The notes under the pieces: generated by a model
What the model saw: only the letters and a program-made list of their open reading frames with translations
What the model was told of the DNA's origin: nothing
Databases searched by the model: none
In this document: piece by piece, positions 59,368-64,000 of the stretch
How the letters are laid out: every line of letters begins with the position of its first letter
Numbering within the stretch: position 1 is the first letter of the stretch
DNA from: Treponema sp.
GTDB taxonomy: Bacteria > Spirochaetota > Spirochaetia > Treponematales > Treponemataceae
Reading direction: 5' to 3'
Assembly: GCA_045616425.1 (NCBI GenBank)
Contig: JAZLGS010000025.1
Coordinates: forward strand, 6,712-70,711
DNA: 64,000 nt
Translations under genes and position numbers: made by a program

Positions 59368-60594
59368 TTATTCAAAAAGTGAAATGTTTGCAATTGAACC
59401 ATTTATCTGAAATGATGAAGTAATTTCCATATTATAGGAATTAACAATCCAACGGGTATTTTTTAATGATGCCCCTAATGAAAGAATGTATTTTCCCGGA
59501 AGAAAAGTTTTCTTTCTTAATGGTGCATAAACAGTATTAAGACCTGTTTTATAGCCATAGTTATCAGGCATATTAATTCGAAGAACCATTTCAGTATCCC
59601 GATAGACAGAAATCCAGAAATCAACATTACTGTCTGGTTTTTCGATATCAAACATAAGTTTCAATCTGTATTCTTTTTCGTAATCCAAAGCATCGGTAAC
59701 AACAGTATCATTATCATCCACTATACAAAATTCTACAGGAGAAAAATTTTCATCTGTAAACGAACCGTCATTTTTCCAGATAGTCGTTACATATCCCCCC
59801 CCATTTTCATCTGTCCCCTGATACCAGCTGACGCTCTTATCTATATTATCATCCTGCCGTATGATATGCCCTTTTTCAAGGATAATACCACGATTACAAA
59901 GTCTTTTTACCTGACTCATATTATGGCTTACAAAAAGGACCGTTCTTCCTTCCCCCGTACTCAAGTCGTTCATTTTACCAAGAGCCTTTTTCTGGAATGC
60001 TGCATCCCCTACTGCAAGAACTTCATCTGCAATAAGAATTTCGCTGTCCAAATGAGCGGCAACGGCAAAAGCAAGACGTACATACATACCGCTGGAATAA
60101 CGTTTTACAGGAGTATCAATATGTTTTTCAATTTCGCTGAATGCAATAATCTCGTCTAATTTTCTGGAAACTTCATGGCGTTTCATACCAAGAATGGCAC
60201 CGTTAAGATAGATATTCTCACGGCCTGTAAGTTCAGCATGGAAACCTGTACCTACTTCGAGAAGGCTGGCAATACGACCTTTGATTTTTACACTTCCTTC
60301 AGTAGGCGCAGTAATACGACTTAAAATCTTTAAAAGTGTAGACTTTCCTGCACCATTTTTCCCAAGAATACCTACTCGATCACCTTTTCTTATTTCAAAA
60401 TCAAGATTTTCAAGAGCCCAAAAACCGTCTAAACCACTATCATATTTATGACTTCCAATTGTACTGTGAGGATCCTGTTTTCCATGTTTCAATGCCATCC
60501 AAGTCTGTATATCACGGAATAAAGTACCATTATTAATTACACCAAGACGATAATATTTTGAAAGATGTTCTGCTTTTATTAAAGTTTCACTCAT
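59368..60594 (-). CDS. Polysaccharide ABC exporter ATPase (Wzt-like) with C-terminal domain
   Basis: GKNGAGKS, YSSGMYVRLAF, DEVLAVGD, plus about 140 aa C-terminal extension. Confidence 0.92.
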   Translation of the reverse strand: MSETLIKAEHLSKYYRLGVINNGTLFRDIQTWMALKHGKQDPHSTIGSHKYDSGLDGFWALENLDFEIRKGDRVGILGKNGAGKSTLLKILSRITAPTEGSVKIKGRIASLLEVGTGFHAELTGRENIYLNGAILGMKRHEVSRKLDEIIAFSEIEKHIDTPVKRYSSGMYVRLAFAVAAHLDSEILIADEVLAVGDAAFQKKALGKMNDLSTGEGRTVLFVSHNMSQVKRLCNRGIILEKGHIIRQDDNIDKSVSWYQGTDENGGGYVTTIWKNDGSFTDENFSPVEFCIVDDNDTVVTDALDYEKEYRLKLMFDIEKPDSNVDFWISVYRDTEMVLRINMPDNYGYKTGLNTVYAPLRKKTFLPGKYILSLGASLKNTRWIVNSYNMEITSSFQINGSIANISLFE

Positions 60595-60642
60595 ACAGAT
60601 AAAATACCATAAGTAGATAAAAATGTCGATAAACAGGCAATC

Positions 60643-62556
60643 TCAGTAAAGATGTGGATAAATTCTGAAAACAAAATGTATAACCGTAAAAAATGCCAAT
60701 ATAAGCGACAGATTGAATCCATCTGAAAACCCGACAACTATTTTTCCGGTACGAAGTTTTTCCGAAGCAATAAAATATAATGGAACAACAGGTAAGAAAT
60801 ATCGAGGCTGAATCCCCCACATAACAGGAGAATTGAAATTTGTCCAGGTCATACCGACTACAACAATAAAAGCCGTAACTACTACAGCTATAATAATTGA
60901 AGGAAGATAAAACTCCGGAACATCGTTCTTCTTTAGACAAAAAAGGACAATAAGCAGGAAAAAGAAAAGATATTCAAATGATTTGGCCATTCTTCCACTT
61001 GCTGCATTGTAAAAAAAGAAATCCCCTATCTGATCATAAGGAAGTTCCAAAATAGTATTCAGCTGGATAAGAACAGTATTTCCCGGGTGCTGAATAAGGT
61101 CCGCTATAGAATAAGCAACCTCGTGTGTATTCTGTCCTGTCCCCCTGGACTGCAAGAAAGCAATATTCGGATTCAAAGAACACAAATACCCCCCCAGATA
61201 CAGAACAGCCAATACAAAAACTGCTGAAATCACAGGAATTTTAACTTTCTTGTTAGCAAAGAAATATGTAAGAATAAAATAAAATGCCAACGGAAAATAA
61301 ACAGCCTTGATAGGTAAGATAAAAACACAAAGAAAAGTGAGGATTAAAACATCTTTTAAAGTCTTCTTTTCTGCATAGTAAAAATAAATAGAAAAATTTA
61401 TCAATGCAAAAGCAACAGGAAGTAAAAGAGCATCATAAGAATATGATCCCAGCTCCAAAAGGATTACCGGCCAGCTCGATAGAATCAAAATTATGTTGTT
61501 CTTCAAAAACTTGTTTTTTTTGCAAGAAAAATAAATGAGAAAAATCCCAATTAGAAAATTAACAACAGCACCAACATAAAACAAAGCAAATTGATTCAAT
61601 CTTAGAAGACGTGCAACAGTGATTGAAAGGCAGGAAAAAATAAATGCACGTTGTGGTTTCATAACCTTTGCGGCAAAAGAGTCCACAAGATGTATATCAG
61701 GAGACTTAAAAGCATTCTTTGCAAAGTGTGCAGCATAATCAAAAAAGCTGCCAAACCAGCACCAGTAACTTTCATAATACTGGTCAGGATAATACCCCGG
61801 AAGAAGCTCCAGGTCACATGCACGCTTTAAGAGATTTCCGGTAACTTGAGAATCACCATAGCCCATCAACATATTTGACATATTGTAGGCACTGTCAAAA
61901 TGAATCAAGTCATTGTATTGGGAACACGGTGGCCGGGAAAATATCATAAACAGTCCGAGTACAAGTGAAAATATTAAGAACTTATTCTCCCGTTTCCATT
62001 TGGTACTTTTTACAAGAAGCAGGCAGAACACCCCCAATGCAATTACATACGCTACAGAAATTGCAAACTGTAACCATATAAGAGCACCGCCTTGCTTGTT
62101 TACAATTGAACCGTCCTTGTTAAATTTTACAAGAGCTTTATCAGACTGAATAGAATAATGTAGGGTTTTATTTTTTATGTTAAGACCGACTTTTGGAAGA
62201 TGAAGAATAAGAAAAGTTTCATTGTTAAAAAAAACAGTTTCTGCTTTCGTTATAACTTTAGGCACTTCTTTTAATTCCACAAAAAAATCTTCTGGAGTAA
62301 GTTCTTCGCCGTTTATGGATTCATATACAAAAGTAATTTTTTTTGGATGTCGTGTTACAAGTTTGATTTCGCCATCTTTTGTTGAATCAACAGACATAAA
62401 AAGGGCAGAATCAGAATTATTATAATACAACCTTACGTTGTCAAATTTCTCTACAAGCCGAACAAATGTATAAACAGAAAGGATTACAAAGGTAATAGTT
62501 AAAAATATGGTCCATCGTCTCTGAAAGAACTGGCAGATATTATTTTTTACAAGCAT
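60643..62556 (-). CDS. Polytopic membrane protein, probable DUF2142/GT-C glycosyltransferase
   Basis: PP....D..HF..AY.MS loop and late QPRYFLP motif; about 11-12 TMs. Confidence 0.7.
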   Translation of the reverse strand: MLVKNNICQFFQRRWTIFLTITFVILSVYTFVRLVEKFDNVRLYYNNSDSALFMSVDSTKDGEIKLVTRHPKKITFVYESINGEELTPEDFFVELKEVPKVITKAETVFFNNETFLILHLPKVGLNIKNKTLHYSIQSDKALVKFNKDGSIVNKQGGALIWLQFAISVAYVIALGVFCLLLVKSTKWKRENKFLIFSLVLGLFMIFSRPPCSQYNDLIHFDSAYNMSNMLMGYGDSQVTGNLLKRACDLELLPGYYPDQYYESYWCWFGSFFDYAAHFAKNAFKSPDIHLVDSFAAKVMKPQRAFIFSCLSITVARLLRLNQFALFYVGAVVNFLIGIFLIYFSCKKNKFLKNNIILILSSWPVILLELGSYSYDALLLPVAFALINFSIYFYYAEKKTLKDVLILTFLCVFILPIKAVYFPLAFYFILTYFFANKKVKIPVISAVFVLAVLYLGGYLCSLNPNIAFLQSRGTGQNTHEVAYSIADLIQHPGNTVLIQLNTILELPYDQIGDFFFYNAASGRMAKSFEYLFFFLLIVLFCLKKNDVPEFYLPSIIIAVVVTAFIVVVGMTWTNFNSPVMWGIQPRYFLPVVPLYFIASEKLRTGKIVVGFSDGFNLSLILAFFTVIHFVFRIYPHLY

Positions 62557-62884
62557 TTTCCTTTTCCTTTAATGCAAGATTCTGAACCAGATCTTCAAAA
62601 CGCTGCTGGAGGCGTGAAAGCTGTAAAGTTAAGGTAAAAACTTTATAAAGAAGCAGGAAAATTACAAAAAACAGGATAAAATTTAAAGGAGAAATGATTC
62701 CTGCAATCCTTGCACCATAATCTGCGATTTTTGGGAAAATACTCAATAATAATGTCAAAAAAGAAAAAGCAACCCAGAAAAATGTATTATCAAGCTTTAC
62801 CTTTGACTTTCTTATGTTTGTTACGACAAATATGAAAGAAAAGAAAGAAACTATTACCAATATAATCCTTAAATGAAAAGACAT
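62540..62884 (-). CDS. DUF2304 family membrane protein
   Basis: 114 aa, 3 TMs, LSIFP...ARIAGIISPLNF...LAQ-type C-terminal coil. Confidence 0.85.
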   Translation of the reverse strand: MSFHLRIILVIVSFFSFIFVVTNIRKSKVKLDNTFFWVAFSFLTLLLSIFPKIADYGARIAGIISPLNFILFFVIFLLLYKVFTLTLQLSRLQQRFEDLVQNLALKEKENACKK

Positions 62885-62887
62885 AAA

Positions 62888-63577
62888 CTACCCTCTTTTT
62901 CTGAACCACTGGATGAAAATAATCGAAATGCACATCTTCAGCATATACTGCATGGAACCTATCAAATTCAGATACGAGGTTCCAGCTATACGCTCATCCA
63001 TCGTGACCTGAACTTCCTGAACCTTGCATTTTCTGTTCAATAGATAGGCAATAGTATCAGGTTCAGGACCGTAATTAATCCTGTTGGCATATTCATCCAT
63101 AACCTTACGGTTATAAAGCCGCATCCCGCTTGTAGGATCCTTTATATATTTAAAAGTTGTAAGACAGATTAACAAAGAAATAAGGCGGGAACCAAGCATT
63201 CTCGGAGAAAGAGGCTTCTTTTCTGTTACAAAACGTGAACCTATGACAATATCGGCCCTATTTTCTTCCATACAGCGCTGCATATCTGCAATATATTCAG
63301 GCCGGTGCTGGCCGTCGCCGTCAAACTGAATGGCAGCATCATAGCCGTTACGGAAGGCATACTTCATACCGGTCTGAAAAGCCCCTGCAAGACCAAGATT
63401 TACAGGTAAATCCACAAGATTATAGCCGTTCCTACGGCATATCTCGGCAGTATTATCTCTTGAACCGTCATTTATAACGACATAATCGTACTGAGGAAAG
63501 TTAGTTTTAAGGTTGTTTACAACTCTTTCTATATTTTCAGCCTCATTATAAGCTGGAATAATTATCAATATACGCAT
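62888..63577 (-). CDS. GT2 polyprenyl-phosphate glycosyltransferase (DPM-synthase/GacI-like)
   Basis: IPAYNE, INDGS, NLG.AGAFQTG, DGDGQH, GSRF, DPTSG.R. Confidence 0.92.
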   Translation of the reverse strand: MRILIIIPAYNEAENIERVVNNLKTNFPQYDYVVINDGSRDNTAEICRRNGYNLVDLPVNLGLAGAFQTGMKYAFRNGYDAAIQFDGDGQHRPEYIADMQRCMEENRADIVIGSRFVTEKKPLSPRMLGSRLISLLICLTTFKYIKDPTSGMRLYNRKVMDEYANRINYGPEPDTIAYLLNRKCKVQEVQVTMDERIAGTSYLNLIGSMQYMLKMCISIIFIQWFRKRG

Positions 63578-63586
63578 TTCGGACTA

Positions 63587-64000
63587 TTATAATATATTAT
63601 TAATAATATTTTCAACTCTGCCTGCAGTCTGTTTCCATGTGAAATTATTCATAACTCGATCATAGCATTTTTTGCAAGCTGATTTCTGTTTTTCTTTATC
63701 ATCTATTATGTCTAATATTGCTTTAGCTATTTCCCCGGCAGCTGGTTCTGGCGACAATATAGTACCATATGCCGAATCCAAAACGATTTCTACAATTCCA
63801 CCGACGGGAGTTGCAATTATGTAATTATCAGTTGCGGCTGCTTCCAATCCAGAAGTTGTGAATCCTTCTGATCGTGTTGGTAAACAAAATATACTTGAAA
63901 CCATCAACATAGAAACAATATGATTAAAATCTAATTTTCCTAAAAGATGTATATTACTGTTTTTTATTCTATTGCATTCATCTTCCAAAGGACCATTTCC
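63587..64000 (-). CDS. GT4 glycosyltransferase, C-terminal part (5' end beyond the window)
   Basis: GNGPLE...FCLPTRSEGFTTSGLEAAA...ATPVGG; frame open to the window edge. Confidence 0.9.
   Translation of the reverse strand, partial: GNGPLEDECNRIKNSNIHLLGKLDFNHIVSMLMVSSIFCLPTRSEGFTTSGLEAAATDNYIIATPVGGIVEIVLDSAYGTILSPEPAAGEIAKAILDIIDDKEKQKSACKKCYDRVMNNFTWKQTAGRVENIINNIL

Noticed and set aside
60587-60940. 117-aa ORF overlapping the DUF2142-like gene 3' end
   Set aside because: Same-strand alternative frame in AT-rich DNA with no motif; likely spurious

Overview
Bacterial chromosomal window, most likely from a gut or rumen Treponema. This is inferred from the grpE-dnaK-dnaJ-SpoIIE-SpoIIE-STAS synteny, the GTP-type PEPCK, the AAA/PD-(D/E)XK gene and the repeat families; no database check was possible. 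Most of it is housekeeping: pdxST, leuS, chaperones, purE-F-M-N, purC, lysA/asd/dapA, rsgA, mutS2, argR, pgi, pckG, and tRNA-Glu/tRNA-Gln. It also holds a cysteine-type amino-acid ABC transporter, an M16 peptidase pair, a patatin-POTRA-barrel protein, an ATPase-less permease/LolA-like/beta-barrel operon, and the edge of an AT-rich surface-glycan locus (57.4-64 kb). There is no CRISPR array, transposase or prophage. The intergenic DNA is the most interesting part. It contains (i) a MITE-like element with 10-bp TIRs and a T9 target duplication, whose copies carry or lack a 76-78 bp hairpin module with compensatory stem changes; (ii) a tandem 140-bp multi-hairpin unit after pckG; (iii) two further dispersed repeat families. 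The glycan locus has three coding-strand poly-G tracts; one (G9) puts a natural-looking 37-aa C-terminal helix out of frame. It also has a GacI/GacJ/GacL-like triad. Other points are an active plus catalytically degenerate PP2C pair and several probable leaderless genes. Alignments, counts and composition statements were made by eye.
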